Source of the DNA: a virus
Lineage: Duplodnaviria > Caudoviricetes
Length of the DNA: 64,000 nucleotides
Strand: one strand, 5' to 3'
Virus record (IMG/VR): IMGVR_UViG_3300022746_000020
Coordinates: 10,656 to 74,655 of that record
The stretch's first letter is position 1, and every line of letters begins with the position of its first letter. This document shows, one piece after another, positions 30,601 to 40,943 of this stretch. The position numbers and the translations under genes were made by a program. Under the pieces are notes generated by a model that worked only from the letters and a program-made list of their open reading frames with translations, had not been told where the DNA came from and did not search any database.

Positions 30601-30927
30601 ATGGCTTCTACATTCAAATCATCTGTCGCAAAATCTGTTGGTACGAGTGCTAACTCTGTATACACTGTTCCGTCGCTAACTACCACTACGGTGATTGGTT
30701 GGAACCTTTGCAACATCACATCGAATCCTGTTACTGTAGATCTATACTTCACAAGAAGTGCTGTCGATTACTACATCTTGAAGGGAGCTACTGTCCCACA
30801 AGGTGGTGCATTGGTTCCTGTTGGTGGAGATCAGAAATTGGTTCTCCAGGCAGCTGATGTATTGAAGGTAGTATCAGGTGCTGCTTCTGCGATTGATGCA
30901 ACTGTTTCTTATCTCGAGACGACATAA
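30601..30927 (+). CDS. Small beta-sandwich hub/adapter protein, cassette 1
   Basis: 108 aa MASTFKS..VYTVP..TTTVIG..CN...VDLY...YILKG..VP.GGAL; paralog of 37151 and 46010. Confidence 0.7.
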   Translation: MASTFKSSVAKSVGTSANSVYTVPSLTTTTVIGWNLCNITSNPVTVDLYFTRSAVDYYILKGATVPQGGALVPVGGDQKLVLQAADVLKVVSGAASAIDATVSYLETT

Positions 30928-31973
30928 TGAGCTACATCGGAAATAGCTTAACACAACAATCATTTACAGGGGGCGTTGATCAGTTTAATGGCAACGCTTC
31001 TAATACTGCGTTTGGTCTAACGAGAACGATCAATACAAACTTCGACGTCGATGTGTATGTCGAAAACGTATGGCAAAGACCCGGCGTAGGATATAACGTA
31101 TCAGCAAACACAATTACATTTACATCAGCACCTTCTGCTGGTTCTAATAACGTAGTTGTAGTCTACAAGAATTTTACTGCAACGAGCGTTGTTCCCATTT
31201 CAGGATCAGTCACAACTACTACTTTAGTTGATGGTGCTGTTACGCCTGCAAAGCTGTCTACAGGCGCACCAAGTTGGGATAGCAGCAGCAACCATGCAGT
31301 TGCAGGCAACCAGACAATAGCAGGCAATCAGACAGTTGGCGCAGCTGGATCGATACTTGCTGAAAATAACCTCCGCTTCAAGTCTGCTGGTGATAGTTAC
31401 GTCGACCACAATACGGTTGGCAGAAACATCAACTTCCGTGTGTCTAACGGATCCGCTCTCGATACAAATCCGCTCTCGATATTGTCTACTGGTGTAGTGT
31501 CCTTACCTTTAGGACAACTCAAATTTCCAGTCACACAAAACGCATCCTCGGATGCAAACACATTAGATGATTATGAAGAAGGCACTTGGACGCCGGTAGT
31601 CACTCGCGCCACTACTGCTCCGACACTCACAACAGACGTACTGCAAGGTACCTATATTAAAGTGGGTCGCCTGGTTCATATATCAGTAAACCTACACGTA
31701 GCGTCGGTGTCGGCGGCTGGTGCTGGGTATAATTTAATCAGTGGGCTTCCTTTTCCAGCAGACAATTCTGCTGCCATCTGGAGCACACTCGGCGGAAGCG
31801 TCACATACAACAATGCGTTTGCGACCAGTGTCGCCACGGGATTGAGCTTCGGAGCTACGCTGACAGGGATATCTTTCCTACCATCAGGAAACTCGCGAAC
31901 GCAGAGTGAAATTAATGAAAGTTGGACGTCTGGATACTTGGTATTCGCTGCTACATACCGCACAACCCAGTAA
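30927..31973 (+). CDS. Branch fibre with adapter domain and LDDYEEGTW-type tip
   Basis: MSYIGN start; FNGNASNTAF...ITFTSAP adapter; DANTLDDYEEGTWTP..YIKVGRLV. Confidence 0.7.
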   Translation: MSYIGNSLTQQSFTGGVDQFNGNASNTAFGLTRTINTNFDVDVYVENVWQRPGVGYNVSANTITFTSAPSAGSNNVVVVYKNFTATSVVPISGSVTTTTLVDGAVTPAKLSTGAPSWDSSSNHAVAGNQTIAGNQTVGAAGSILAENNLRFKSAGDSYVDHNTVGRNINFRVSNGSALDTNPLSILSTGVVSLPLGQLKFPVTQNASSDANTLDDYEEGTWTPVVTRATTAPTLTTDVLQGTYIKVGRLVHISVNLHVASVSAAGAGYNLISGLPFPADNSAAIWSTLGGSVTYNNAFATSVATGLSFGATLTGISFLPSGNSRTQSEINESWTSGYLVFAATYRTTQ

Positions 31974-31981
31974 TAAAATAT

Positions 31982-32944
31982 ATGGCAATCGATAAATTAA
32001 ACGCTAATTCGTTCGCAAGCCCACTTAACTATAGTGGCAATCTTGTGATGTCCAATACAAGTGTGTTTATAATACCAGTTGGCAATACAAGCAACAGACC
32101 GTCAGCTAATGCGGGTGGCTTTCGCTTCAACTCCCAACGAGGTGTGCTCGAATATGCAGATGGAACGACATGGTATGGTACGAATGATATCACAGCGACT
32201 GGCGGAACAATCACTACTAATGGCGGCAATAACGTCCACACATTCACATCGAGCGGCACGCTTACCGTAACATCAGGATCAAGATCCGCGACCGTTTTAA
32301 TGGTCGGAGGTGCTGGTGCTGGTGGGTGGGACGTTGGTGGTGGCGGTGGCGCCGGCGGAGTAATTCAACAAACCGTAAGTTTAGTCCCAGGCGTATACAA
32401 TATCGTAATCGGGGCTGGTGCAGCATCTTCGACGTCGGGTGGTGGTATTGCGCCAAGTGGATCAAACACAACGGCGTTCGGATTGACTGCAATTGGCGGT
32501 GGCGGCGGTGGCAATTATAATGGCGGATCTGGTGCTTCTGGCGGATCGGGTGGCGGCGGCTCGGGGTATTCTGGTGGTTATCTTGCTGGCGGATCTGGAA
32601 CATCTGGACAGGGATATGCTGGCGGTGCTGGCCGTTCGGATGCCTATGGAACATCCTCAACTGGCGGTGGTGGTGGCGGAGCTGGTGGTGCTGGCAGCGA
32701 TGGTATAAGCAGCACCACTGGTTATGCGAACGGTGGTAGCGGAATTACGAGCTCGATATCTGGCACTACAACAACATATGCCGCAGGCGGCAAGGGTGGT
32801 GGTGATGGATGGACTACTGGTGGCAATGACGGTACCGCAAATAGAGGCAGCGGCGGCGATGGTGCTGGTAGCACAGACCCTCGTGGCAACAACGTAGGTG
32901 GTTATGGTGGGTCCGGCATTGTTATCATCACATACGCTGTATAA
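31982..32944 (+). CDS. Glycine-rich tip/adhesin protein
   Basis: Likely start MAIDKLN (ATG 31982); HTFTSSGT, GGGGGAGG repeats, C-terminal GGSGIVIITY. Confidence 0.75.
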   Translation: MAIDKLNANSFASPLNYSGNLVMSNTSVFIIPVGNTSNRPSANAGGFRFNSQRGVLEYADGTTWYGTNDITATGGTITTNGGNNVHTFTSSGTLTVTSGSRSATVLMVGGAGAGGWDVGGGGGAGGVIQQTVSLVPGVYNIVIGAGAASSTSGGGIAPSGSNTTAFGLTAIGGGGGGNYNGGSGASGGSGGGGSGYSGGYLAGGSGTSGQGYAGGAGRSDAYGTSSTGGGGGGAGGAGSDGISSTTGYANGGSGITSSISGTTTTYAAGGKGGGDGWTTGGNDGTANRGSGGDGAGSTDPRGNNVGGYGGSGIVIITYAV

Positions 32945-32955
32945 GAGGTAAAATA

Positions 32956-33300
32956 ATGGGACATTTTGCAAAAGTAGTCGACAACACTGTAGTTCAGGTA
33001 ATCGTAGCAGAGCCAGAGTTTTTCGATTCGTTCATAGACACTTCTCCTGGCGAATGGATACAGACATCCTATAATACAAGAGGGGGTATCCACATCCACG
33101 GAGGGACGCCTCTTCGCAAGAACTTTGCTGGAGTAGGATATACATACGACAAATTAAAGGATGCATTCATTCCCCCTCAACCATATCCAAGCTGGACGCT
33201 CGATGACGACACGTGTATGTGGAACCCGCCAATCGACAAACCTCAAGATGGGCAAAGATATGCGTGGGATGAGCAAACACAACAATGGAACGAAGTCTAA
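32956..33300 (+). CDS. Small partner protein of glycine-rich fibre
   Basis: MGHFAKV..V.QVIVA, WIQTSYNT, LRKNFAG.GYTYD..DAFIPPQPYPSW; RBS GAGG. Confidence 0.75.
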   Translation: MGHFAKVVDNTVVQVIVAEPEFFDSFIDTSPGEWIQTSYNTRGGIHIHGGTPLRKNFAGVGYTYDKLKDAFIPPQPYPSWTLDDDTCMWNPPIDKPQDGQRYAWDEQTQQWNEV

Positions 33301-33303
33301 TCT

Positions 33304-34188
33304 ATGGCATTAACAAAATTAGATCCAAGCGTAATTGGGCAAGACTCAACTGGTGCAAGCAAGATTACATCTGCAGGCGGTTCTGTGTCGATCGATTCGA
33401 CTGGTAGCGTAAGAATTGCAAATAGCACTGCTAATAGTGTAACAATTGCAGCGAACGGCAACGTAACGTTCGCTGCTAACGTAACTATCAATAGCGGCCT
33501 CAACATGAGTAATACTGCCGTTGTTGGTGGCTTTGTTGGCGTTGGTGGTGTTACCCCAATTCGTCATATTCACATCGGCGCTGCAGGCGCTGCAGAATTC
33601 ATCATTGAACAAACAGACTCACCAGCAAACCATCGCAAATGGAACATCTTAGCGGATGGTGGTAACTCGACAACTAATGGTATTCTTCGCGTGAGAATGC
33701 TGAACGATAATGGTGTTGGTGAACAATTTACATCGATGATTTGGGATGGTGCAGGACGCGTACGCAAGCCAATGCAAACGTTCTTTAGCGCAACTGCTCA
33801 TAACACTGGTGGCACTGCATACATTGCTTCGCCTGCCACATACCCGTTCGTAACGTGGACACTGAGGGCACAGAACTCAGGCGGTGCATCTTTCTTCGAT
33901 ACATCGACTGGAATATTTACAGCTCCTGTAGATGGTGTATATGCCATCGAAACTAACTTTGCAATCGACACATCGCTTGGTGGAACGTCGGTGCTCGGCC
34001 GATATATCTACATCCTTTCCTTCAACGGATCATATGAAGAGATTATTGAGATGCACCACGAATACCAAAACGACGGCACCATATCGATGAGATATCTCAC
34101 TGCCGGCACACAAGTCCGCGTAGGACTAAATGGCGTTGCAAACGCCACTGCGCACGGCGCATCTATTGCAGTATGGCTTCTGGGATAA
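33304..34188 (+). CDS. Tip fibre with C1q-like domain
   Basis: MALTKLD start; KPMQTFFSA...FDTSTGIFTAPVDGVY...YLTAG..V..VWLLG. Confidence 0.65.
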   Translation: MALTKLDPSVIGQDSTGASKITSAGGSVSIDSTGSVRIANSTANSVTIAANGNVTFAANVTINSGLNMSNTAVVGGFVGVGGVTPIRHIHIGAAGAAEFIIEQTDSPANHRKWNILADGGNSTTNGILRVRMLNDNGVGEQFTSMIWDGAGRVRKPMQTFFSATAHNTGGTAYIASPATYPFVTWTLRAQNSGGASFFDTSTGIFTAPVDGVYAIETNFAIDTSLGGTSVLGRYIYILSFNGSYEEIIEMHHEYQNDGTISMRYLTAGTQVRVGLNGVANATAHGASIAVWLLG

Positions 34189-34192
34189 TAAT

Positions 34193-34480
34193 ATGATCAC
34201 ATATACTGTATCGGTCACTGAAACACAAAACAAAGCACTTGCTGTGATGATGCTTGACCAGCAGCAGTGGGTCAGCGGTGTCGTCGAAGCGTATGTAAAA
34301 GCAGCAACGAAGCAAATCCTATCTATTGCCGTTCCGAAGTGCTTAGATCTAGGAATTCAAATCCCACAATCTGAAGAAGCAATCATCGAATTAGCATTAG
34401 CGCACAATTGGGTAAAAACAATTGCACAGCTAAACGCAGAAGCTGCTATCCGCGACGCAACAAGAAACCAACAAGGATAA
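34193..34480 (+). CDS. Small partner protein of C1q-like fibres
   Basis: Likely ATG 34193; YTVSVTETQNKAL...QQWV; paralog of 44753. Confidence 0.65.
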   Translation: MITYTVSVTETQNKALAVMMLDQQQWVSGVVEAYVKAATKQILSIAVPKCLDLGIQIPQSEEAIIELALAHNWVKTIAQLNAEAAIRDATRNQQG

Positions 34481-34487
34481 TTTCGGC

Positions 34488-35948
34488 ATGTCATTAATCG
34501 GAAATCCATTAGTATCAACAAACTATCAAACCAACACCTTCAGTGGTGATGGTACGACGGTCGCATATACACTTTCGTTGGCGCCAGCATCTGCTGCGTC
34601 TATCGCTGTGTATATTAGTGGCCTATATCAAACACCAAGTGTTGCTTATACGGTAAGCGGCACTACGCTGACGTTTACTGGCGCTCCTCCTACTGGAACA
34701 AATAACATTCTAGTTCTTCATCTTGGTATCAAGAGTTCAACGCTAGTGCCAGTTGATGGATCTGTTACACCATCTATGTTGAGTAACGCAAACGTCGTAT
34801 TCTGGAGCGGAGCTAATACTAACGTCGGTATCGGCAACACAGCTCCTAACGCGCCGCTAACGATTGGTGCTGCGAATGGTACGTTTACGAATCCACTAGT
34901 TCAGGCTGCAAGTAGTGCAAATAGCTGGCTGCAGATTAACGCTCAAAATAAGAGCAACGGCAATAACGCGTCAACAGACTTGATCCTTGCTCGATCGGAT
35001 GGTAACGATAGCGTTGGCTATATCGATATGGGCATCAATAGCAACACATATGCTCAGGCTGCATACAGCATCATGACGCCAAGCAGTGGATACTTGTTCA
35101 CCAACGGCGGCGACCTAGTACTCGGTACACAGACTGCTCATAATATCCTATTCCATACTGGTAATACTACAAGTGCGTCTGAACGCATGCGTATCGACAG
35201 TTCTGGCAACTTCTTTGTAGGAGATACTGTTCAGGTCGAATCGGCAAAGTTTTCAGTAAAATCTGCAAAAACATTGTCGTCAGGAATTCCAGTAGGGCAG
35301 ATGCTAGCAGTCGACAGCACCGCCCTTGCAGTGGGAACTGGTGGTGCTATTAATATGGGTGGAGTATATAATTCTGGCGGAGGAATTACAAGCTTCGCCT
35401 CCATAGAAGCATATAAAGAAAATGCTACTAGTGGTTCGTATGGTGCATCCATGGTGTTTAAGACGCGCACTGATGGTGGAGCGCAAACGGAGCGTATGCG
35501 CATCAATTCTCTTGGTTATGTAACCATGCCATACCAACCATCATTTCGTGTTTCAGGATCATCAACGACTTCATTCTCGAATGGGGCGATCATTCCGCTT
35601 ACTGATGGTAATGGGTTTAATCTTGGTGGGTTTTGGAACAATACATCGTATAGATTTACAGCGCCAGTGGCCGGAACGTATTTGTTCGCTGCGGCGATAT
35701 ATGTATGGAATGGTAGCGGGCAAGGCACGCAATCATATGCATTCAACGTAAACGGCGGTCAGCTAAGTTCGGGAGATTCGCTCATTATGTACAGTGGTGC
35801 AGTTACTGGTGGCGACAACCAAACGAGAGGCGAATTGCTAGTTAAGCTCAATGCCGGCGATTATGTTGATTTGAGATTACGTATTGGTGCTCCTGCTGTA
35901 AACATATACGCAGGGCACACATATATGTGGGGATACATGGTAGGGTAG
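34488..35948 (+). CDS. Branch fibre with adapter domain and C1q-like tip
   Basis: MSLIGNP start; FSGDGTT..YTL...LTFTGAP adapter; ERMRI repeats; VTMPYQPSF..RFTAPVAGTYLF..LNAGDYV. Confidence 0.7.
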   Translation: MSLIGNPLVSTNYQTNTFSGDGTTVAYTLSLAPASAASIAVYISGLYQTPSVAYTVSGTTLTFTGAPPTGTNNILVLHLGIKSSTLVPVDGSVTPSMLSNANVVFWSGANTNVGIGNTAPNAPLTIGAANGTFTNPLVQAASSANSWLQINAQNKSNGNNASTDLILARSDGNDSVGYIDMGINSNTYAQAAYSIMTPSSGYLFTNGGDLVLGTQTAHNILFHTGNTTSASERMRIDSSGNFFVGDTVQVESAKFSVKSAKTLSSGIPVGQMLAVDSTALAVGTGGAINMGGVYNSGGGITSFASIEAYKENATSGSYGASMVFKTRTDGGAQTERMRINSLGYVTMPYQPSFRVSGSSTTSFSNGAIIPLTDGNGFNLGGFWNNTSYRFTAPVAGTYLFAAAIYVWNGSGQGTQSYAFNVNGGQLSSGDSLIMYSGAVTGGDNQTRGELLVKLNAGDYVDLRLRIGAPAVNIYAGHTYMWGYMVG

Positions 35949-35959
35949 TATTTTGCTGT

Positions 35960-35967
35960 CATAAATA
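35960..35967 (+). promoter_or_regulatory. Probable late promoter heading cassette 2
   Basis: CATAAATA in 53-nt intergenic gap, followed by GGAG RBS and ATG 36002. Confidence 0.6.
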
Positions 35968-36001
35968 CCTTCTGTTATCAACCTCACATTATGGAGATAT
36001 T

Positions 36002-36166
36002 ATGAACTTGAATTTTGTTTTTACGCTAGATCAAACCAATATTATTCTTGCTGCTCTTGGCAAGCAAACGTTTGAGACTGTGGCACCGATCATCGACTCG
36101 ATCCGCCAACAAGCTCAACCTCAATTGCAAGCTGCTGAGCAACAGGAATCACAACCAGAAGCATAA
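36002..36166 (+). CDS. Small hypothetical protein (54 aa)
   Basis: RBS GGAG; MNLNFVFTLDQTNIILAALGKQTFETVAPIIDSIRQQAQPQL. Confidence 0.7.
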   Translation: MNLNFVFTLDQTNIILAALGKQTFETVAPIIDSIRQQAQPQLQAAEQQESQPEA

Positions 36167-36169
36167 TAG

Positions 36170-37147
36170 ATGTCTAAGTTACGGATAGAGAAACTCAAAC
36201 AAGGCAGCTCGTCTAATAACGACGTTCTTGTCTATAGGAATGACCTTGGTACCTATCAAGGGCAATCGAACCTATCCGTCAACACAATTCTGCTTGGCTC
36301 AAACTCTGTAAACTCTTCTGTTTACACTGGTACAGCTTATCTTGCAAATAGCGCAACATATCTTGCTGGACAGCCTGCATCATACTATGCAGTAAATACA
36401 GCTCCTGCGACCGCATACTCAAATGCCGTATCAACTGCTGCAGCAGACGCTACATCTAAAGCTGCAACCGCATATTCTAATGCAACTGCTTATGCGGATA
36501 CTAAGGCAGCAACTGCATACGCTAATGCAATCGCATATTCTGGCAACGCTGCTGCAGCATACGCTAATGCAATCGCCTATGCTGCATCAAACACATATGT
36601 CAATTCGACATTCGCACCGCTAGCCAACCCTACGTTCTCTGGCTCAATGCTATTGAACGGTAGCGCGACAATCACTGGAAACTTGGTTGTCAACGGCAAC
36701 ACAATTTCGATCAATACGACCTCGATTAACGTTACCGATTCGTTGCTATACCTTGCTTCGAATAACGAAGTCAGCGACTCTCTCGATATCGGATTTGCAG
36801 CTCACTACAACGCTGGAGCTGGAGCAAATGGACATACAGGTCTAATCAGATCTGCAACTACGAAGAAGTATTATCTGTTCCAGAACTATCAACCAGAGTT
36901 CTACGCGAACAATAACGTAGATGTTGCAAATACATCTACAGGCATTCAAATGGCAGACTTGGTTGTCGGTAATCTGGTCGCAAACAGCACACTAACTGTC
37001 ACAGGACAGGCAAACGTAGGCAGTCTAAATACAACAGGGACAGTTACTGCAAACGTAATCTCAGTAGCTAACGTCTCACAAACACAAACGAATTTGCAAG
37101 TTGATCCTGCAGGTTCAGCGTTCCTCAACGCAATCATTTACGGATAA
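36170..37147 (+). CDS. Stalk fibre protein, cassette 2
   Basis: AYSNA coil, shared 83-aa module, C-terminal FLNAIIYG. Confidence 0.75.
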   Translation: MSKLRIEKLKQGSSSNNDVLVYRNDLGTYQGQSNLSVNTILLGSNSVNSSVYTGTAYLANSATYLAGQPASYYAVNTAPATAYSNAVSTAAADATSKAATAYSNATAYADTKAATAYANAIAYSGNAAAAYANAIAYAASNTYVNSTFAPLANPTFSGSMLLNGSATITGNLVVNGNTISINTTSINVTDSLLYLASNNEVSDSLDIGFAAHYNAGAGANGHTGLIRSATTKKYYLFQNYQPEFYANNNVDVANTSTGIQMADLVVGNLVANSTLTVTGQANVGSLNTTGTVTANVISVANVSQTQTNLQVDPAGSAFLNAIIYG

Positions 37148-37150
37148 GCA

Positions 37151-37471
37151 ATGGCTTCTACACAAACCAGTTATCTTAATTCAGCAGTCGGTACAACGCC
37201 GGCTACTATCGTTACGGCATCTGCAACGACTGCTTTGGTAGGCTGCCAAGTCGCAAACATATCTGGCGCAGCAATCACAGTCGATGTGTATATCACGCGC
37301 AGCGCAACGAACTACTACCTAATCAAGGGCGTAACGATTCCGGTCGGAGGCGCTCTCGCCTTGATTGGCGGAGACGTTAAACACTTCTTGGTTACAGGCG
37401 ATGTGCTGAAATGCGTTTCGAGCGCAGCATCGAGTGCAGACTTTGTAACTAGTGCAGCGGTAGGTGTCTAA
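37151..37471 (+). CDS. Small hub/adapter protein, cassette 2
   Basis: 106 aa paralog of 30601 (ITVDVYITRSATNYYLIKGVTIPVGGAL). Confidence 0.7.
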   Translation: MASTQTSYLNSAVGTTPATIVTASATTALVGCQVANISGAAITVDVYITRSATNYYLIKGVTIPVGGALALIGGDVKHFLVTGDVLKCVSSAASSADFVTSAAVGV

Positions 37472-38064
37472 TGGCATGGATCGGCGCTTCTGGCGCATTA
37501 ACCAACCAAGCGTCTGCATCAGACGTATTTAACGGTAACGGGTCGAATACTCAGTTTACACTATCGCGCACCGTATATAATACACGCGATATTGAAGTTG
37601 TTGTTAACAACGTCCAACAAAATCCATTTGATGGCAGCTACTCCGTGAGCGGACAAACGCTTACGTTTTCTGGCGCTCCAACAGCCGGTGCAAATAACAT
37701 CTATGTTAATTACAGTGCTGGTGTAATTGGCATCCTGGCTCCTACTGACAACTCGGTAACAGCTAACTCAATTATAGCAAACGCAGTAACGACAGCAAAG
37801 CTATCTGATAGCGGCGTCACTGCTGGAACATATGGCAATACGACCGTCATACCGGTTATTACTGTTGACGCTAAGGGTCGCACAACAAGCGTAACCACAG
37901 CTCCGGTGAATCAAGCTAACGGCGCAATTCACGAATTTAGCCCAACAGTAACAGCACCATACACACTAACTACTGGTAAGAACGGTCTGACTGTTGGTCC
38001 GCTAGTCATTGCTAACGGCGCTTCAGTAACAGTACCTCCTGGACAAAGATTGGTGATCCTCTAA
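37471..38064 (+). CDS. Branch/adapter protein without large tip domain
   Basis: MAWIGAS start; FNGNGSNTQFTLS...LTFSGAP adapter; C-terminal NGLTVGPLVIANGASVTVPPGQRLVIL. Confidence 0.7.
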   Translation: MAWIGASGALTNQASASDVFNGNGSNTQFTLSRTVYNTRDIEVVVNNVQQNPFDGSYSVSGQTLTFSGAPTAGANNIYVNYSAGVIGILAPTDNSVTANSIIANAVTTAKLSDSGVTAGTYGNTTVIPVITVDAKGRTTSVTTAPVNQANGAIHEFSPTVTAPYTLTTGKNGLTVGPLVIANGASVTVPPGQRLVIL

Positions 38065-38627
38065 TGTTAATATCATCTACAACACTCAATGGAGCAGTAG
38101 GCAACGATAGTAACAACAACATTACGATGTCTGTTGGCAATACTGTTATCGCTAACGTCAATAGCACCGGCATGTATTTTGAAGCTGGTAAGAAAGCAAT
38201 TTATACTGGGGGCATACTACAAGTGGTGCAATCGGCCAACTCGACGACTACAACTGTGTCGTCCGCGTCGTGGGTCGACACCGGCTATGTAGGGACAATT
38301 ACGCCTACGAGTACATCGAGTAAAATCTTAGTTATAGTCAACACCATGCCCAGACATCAGTCTGCTGGTATGAATCCGAACTACCGCCTGAGTAGAGGTG
38401 GTGCTGCGTTTTCTGGCGCAGTATCTGACTTCTATCATCCTACAGGGGGTGGTGTCTCTGGCTGCGTTACTATTACGTGGTTGGATTCCCCTGCTACCAC
38501 TTCTCCGGTCACGTATGGCCTACAGTGGATGACTGCGGGTGCTGGGGGGTCGGTAATATTCAATGCAGATTATAACAATAATAACTATGGTGTAACGTAT
38601 ATTACAATGATGGAGATTGCAGGATGA
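38064..38627 (+). CDS. Short tip fibre protein
   Basis: GGILQVVQ, ITPTSTSSKILV, LDSPATTSPVTY, ITMMEIAG motifs. Confidence 0.7.
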   Translation: MLISSTTLNGAVGNDSNNNITMSVGNTVIANVNSTGMYFEAGKKAIYTGGILQVVQSANSTTTTVSSASWVDTGYVGTITPTSTSSKILVIVNTMPRHQSAGMNPNYRLSRGGAAFSGAVSDFYHPTGGGVSGCVTITWLDSPATTSPVTYGLQWMTAGAGGSVIFNADYNNNNYGVTYITMMEIAG

Positions 38628-38899
38628 CGTTAGAACAAAAACAAAAAGCTATCTTGGCATTGTATCCTGACGTCGTTAGAGTTTCAGGAGAGGTTGCTTT
38701 CGATATAAACAATAATGTTATCGAATATGATAATGCATCGGTCGACCAGTGGCAAGATCCTAATGAGTATAAGGAACTTCGAGAACAAGAGTATCCGTCG
38801 ATCGGCGAACAGCTCGATGCATTATTTCATGCTGGCGTATTCCCTGCCGAAATGGCTGCTAAAATTCAAGCAGTCAAAGACAAGTATCCGAAGGTTTAA
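38624..38899 (+). CDS. Small fibre partner/chaperone
   Basis: YKELREQEYPSIGEQLDALFH...IQAVKDKYPK; paralog of 43657. Confidence 0.7.
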   Translation: MTLEQKQKAILALYPDVVRVSGEVAFDINNNVIEYDNASVDQWQDPNEYKELREQEYPSIGEQLDALFHAGVFPAEMAAKIQAVKDKYPKV

Positions 38900-38902
38900 T
38901 AT

Positions 38903-39421
38903 ATGGCATTAATTCTTGACGGCGGTGGCACGATATCTGGATTGGCAGTTGGTGGCCTAACAGATGCATCTATACAGCAGGCAGATCTAGCTCCCAATAT
39001 AGCTGGTAATGGCCCCGCGTTTTGCGCGTATCTCTCAGGCAACCAGTCAATTTCTACAAATACTTGGACCAAGATTGCTTGGAATGCTGAGGAATTTGAT
39101 ACCCACAACGCATTCGATTCTGCGACCAACTATAGATTTCAACCACAAGTTGCTGGGTATTATCAAATTCAAGGCATGTGGGAATGTAATTCGTCCGCAT
39201 CATATACATATGCTGATATTCGAAAAACTGGCGCGTCTCATAGAGTAATTTTGGTTCCACAAGCTGGAACGTCGAACCCATTTTTTGGATTGGTATACTT
39301 GAACGGATCGACTGACTATATCGAAGTCTGGGCATATGTGGTCGGCGGCACAAGTCCGAATACCATCTACGGAAGTCAAATTTACACCTCTTTACAGGGG
39401 TTCATGGTTAGGGCAGCATGA
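38903..39421 (+). CDS. Short tip protein with C1q-like domain
   Basis: GPAFCAY..NQSI..WTKI..EEFDT..FD...RFQPQVAGYYQI..YLNGSTDYIEV. Confidence 0.65.
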   Translation: MALILDGGGTISGLAVGGLTDASIQQADLAPNIAGNGPAFCAYLSGNQSISTNTWTKIAWNAEEFDTHNAFDSATNYRFQPQVAGYYQIQGMWECNSSASYTYADIRKTGASHRVILVPQAGTSNPFFGLVYLNGSTDYIEVWAYVVGGTSPNTIYGSQIYTSLQGFMVRAA

Positions 39422-39597
39422 TGTCACTATACGAAAAAATCAAAACAATTTATCCAGAATTGACGGATGCAGAGTTTGCACCTCGCGGTACTATCTCATT
39501 AGAGAATGCCAGTGACGGACGAGGCGACTATATTGCTAAGTGGGAACATCATACTCTAGCTAGACCTACCGAAGAACAGCTAGCTGCGATCGAATAA
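39421..39597 (+). CDS. Small XkdW-like fibre partner (58 aa; absent from ORF track)
   Basis: Hand translation MSLYEKIKTIYPELTDAEFAPRGTISLENASDGRGDYIAKWEHHTLARPTEEQLAAIE; fills the gap. Confidence 0.7.
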   Translation: MSLYEKIKTIYPELTDAEFAPRGTISLENASDGRGDYIAKWEHHTLARPTEEQLAAIE

Positions 39598-39600
39598 ATA
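39593..39600 (+). promoter_or_regulatory. Probable late promoter
   Basis: AATAAATA 24 nt before ATG 39624. Confidence 0.5.
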
Positions 39601-39623
39601 ATACAAAAACAAAGAGCTAACAA

Positions 39624-40778
39624 ATGAGCGTAGTAGTCGACGGATCCAACGGTCTAACATTCAATGATGGAACAGCGCAGGTCACTGCGGCGTCTGGCTT
39701 CGGCTTTAAGAACCGCATCATCAATGGTGCGATGAATATATGGCAACGTGGAACAAATTTTCCACAGACAGGACTTTCTTTTGGTAGCGTATATTTGGCT
39801 GATAGATTTTATATCGAATCGACCAACTCAACAGCAGCAGCCACATGGTCACAAGTCCAAGATGCTCCAGCTGGATTCACTTACTCATTAAAACAAACCG
39901 TAACTGCAACGCAAGCGGCACCGACAGCAACAGGACACTACTATGGACTGTGTCAGCAAATCGAAGGATACAACTTTGCTGATCTCGCTTATGGTACAGC
40001 ACAAGCAGCTTCGGCAGTATTGAGCTTTTGGGTCAAGTCGAGCGTCACAGGTACGTTTTCTGCCAGTTTCATTCTGACAGGCGGCACACCTGGCGAAAAG
40101 ACATATCCGTTCACATATACGATAGCGGCTTCCAATACTTGGACTCAGGTCATTATAAACATACCTGGCAACACGTCCACTGCTCCGACTAGCGTGACGA
40201 TTGGAGCGGCCGCTCGTGTTGAATTCTATACGTTGCTAAGCGCCGGATATGCGACTGGAACGGCAGGGACATGGAACACGAACGCCTCAGCTAACCAATA
40301 TGCTTCCACACAAGGTGTTAACTTGTTTGCTACATCTGGCGCCACATGGCAAATTACTGGTGTGCAGTTTGAAAAAGGTTCGACAGCTACAGCATTCGAC
40401 TATCGTCCATATAGCGCCGAGTTGCAGCTATGCCAACGATACTTCATTAAATCTTTTGAGCCTGGAACGGCACCTGCGAACGGCGCTGCCGCAGGCATCA
40501 ACGGCACGTTTACTGCATACAATGCAACCAACTCATATGGTATAGTATTGACATATCCTGTTCAGATGCGTTCTGTTCCGACGGTAGCATTCTATGGTGT
40601 GAATGGTGCTACTGGCGTCTGGGACGTATATAAGGGTGCAGGTTGGGGCGCAAGCACAAGCACGACTGTAAACTCTCCTAGCTCTACATGCCTGTCTGTG
40701 TTTATAGGATCGACAGGCATGACGGCTTGGGCTTCGTACTTATTGTCTGGAAACTACACTGCAAATGCGGAGCTATAA
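39624..40778 (+). CDS. Tip fibre with KNRIING-type (CBM-like) domain
   Basis: SGFGFKNRIINGAM..WQRG, QQIEG, LSFWVKS, ITGVQFEKG..AT.FDYRPY..ELQLCQRY, ends AEL. Confidence 0.7.
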   Translation: MSVVVDGSNGLTFNDGTAQVTAASGFGFKNRIINGAMNIWQRGTNFPQTGLSFGSVYLADRFYIESTNSTAAATWSQVQDAPAGFTYSLKQTVTATQAAPTATGHYYGLCQQIEGYNFADLAYGTAQAASAVLSFWVKSSVTGTFSASFILTGGTPGEKTYPFTYTIAASNTWTQVIINIPGNTSTAPTSVTIGAAARVEFYTLLSAGYATGTAGTWNTNASANQYASTQGVNLFATSGATWQITGVQFEKGSTATAFDYRPYSAELQLCQRYFIKSFEPGTAPANGAAAGINGTFTAYNATNSYGIVLTYPVQMRSVPTVAFYGVNGATGVWDVYKGAGWGASTSTTVNSPSSTCLSVFIGSTGMTAWASYLLSGNYTANAEL

Positions 40779-40943
40779 ATGTATCAGCTCATACAAAATC
40801 CAATTACTCAGCAAATAAATTACGTGTACCGCACGTCGGATGGTGCACATATTCCATTTGATCCAGCTAACACAGACTATCAAGAATACTTAAAGTGGGT
40901 TGCCGAAGGCAATCGACCATTACCAGCTGAGGAACAACAGTAA
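40779..40943 (+). CDS. Small fibre partner (54 aa; absent from ORF track)
   Basis: Hand translation MYQLIQNPITQQINYVYRTSDGAHIPFDPANTDYQEYLKWVAEGNRPLPAEEQQ; TAATG coupling to next gene. Confidence 0.75.
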   Translation: MYQLIQNPITQQINYVYRTSDGAHIPFDPANTDYQEYLKWVAEGNRPLPAEEQQ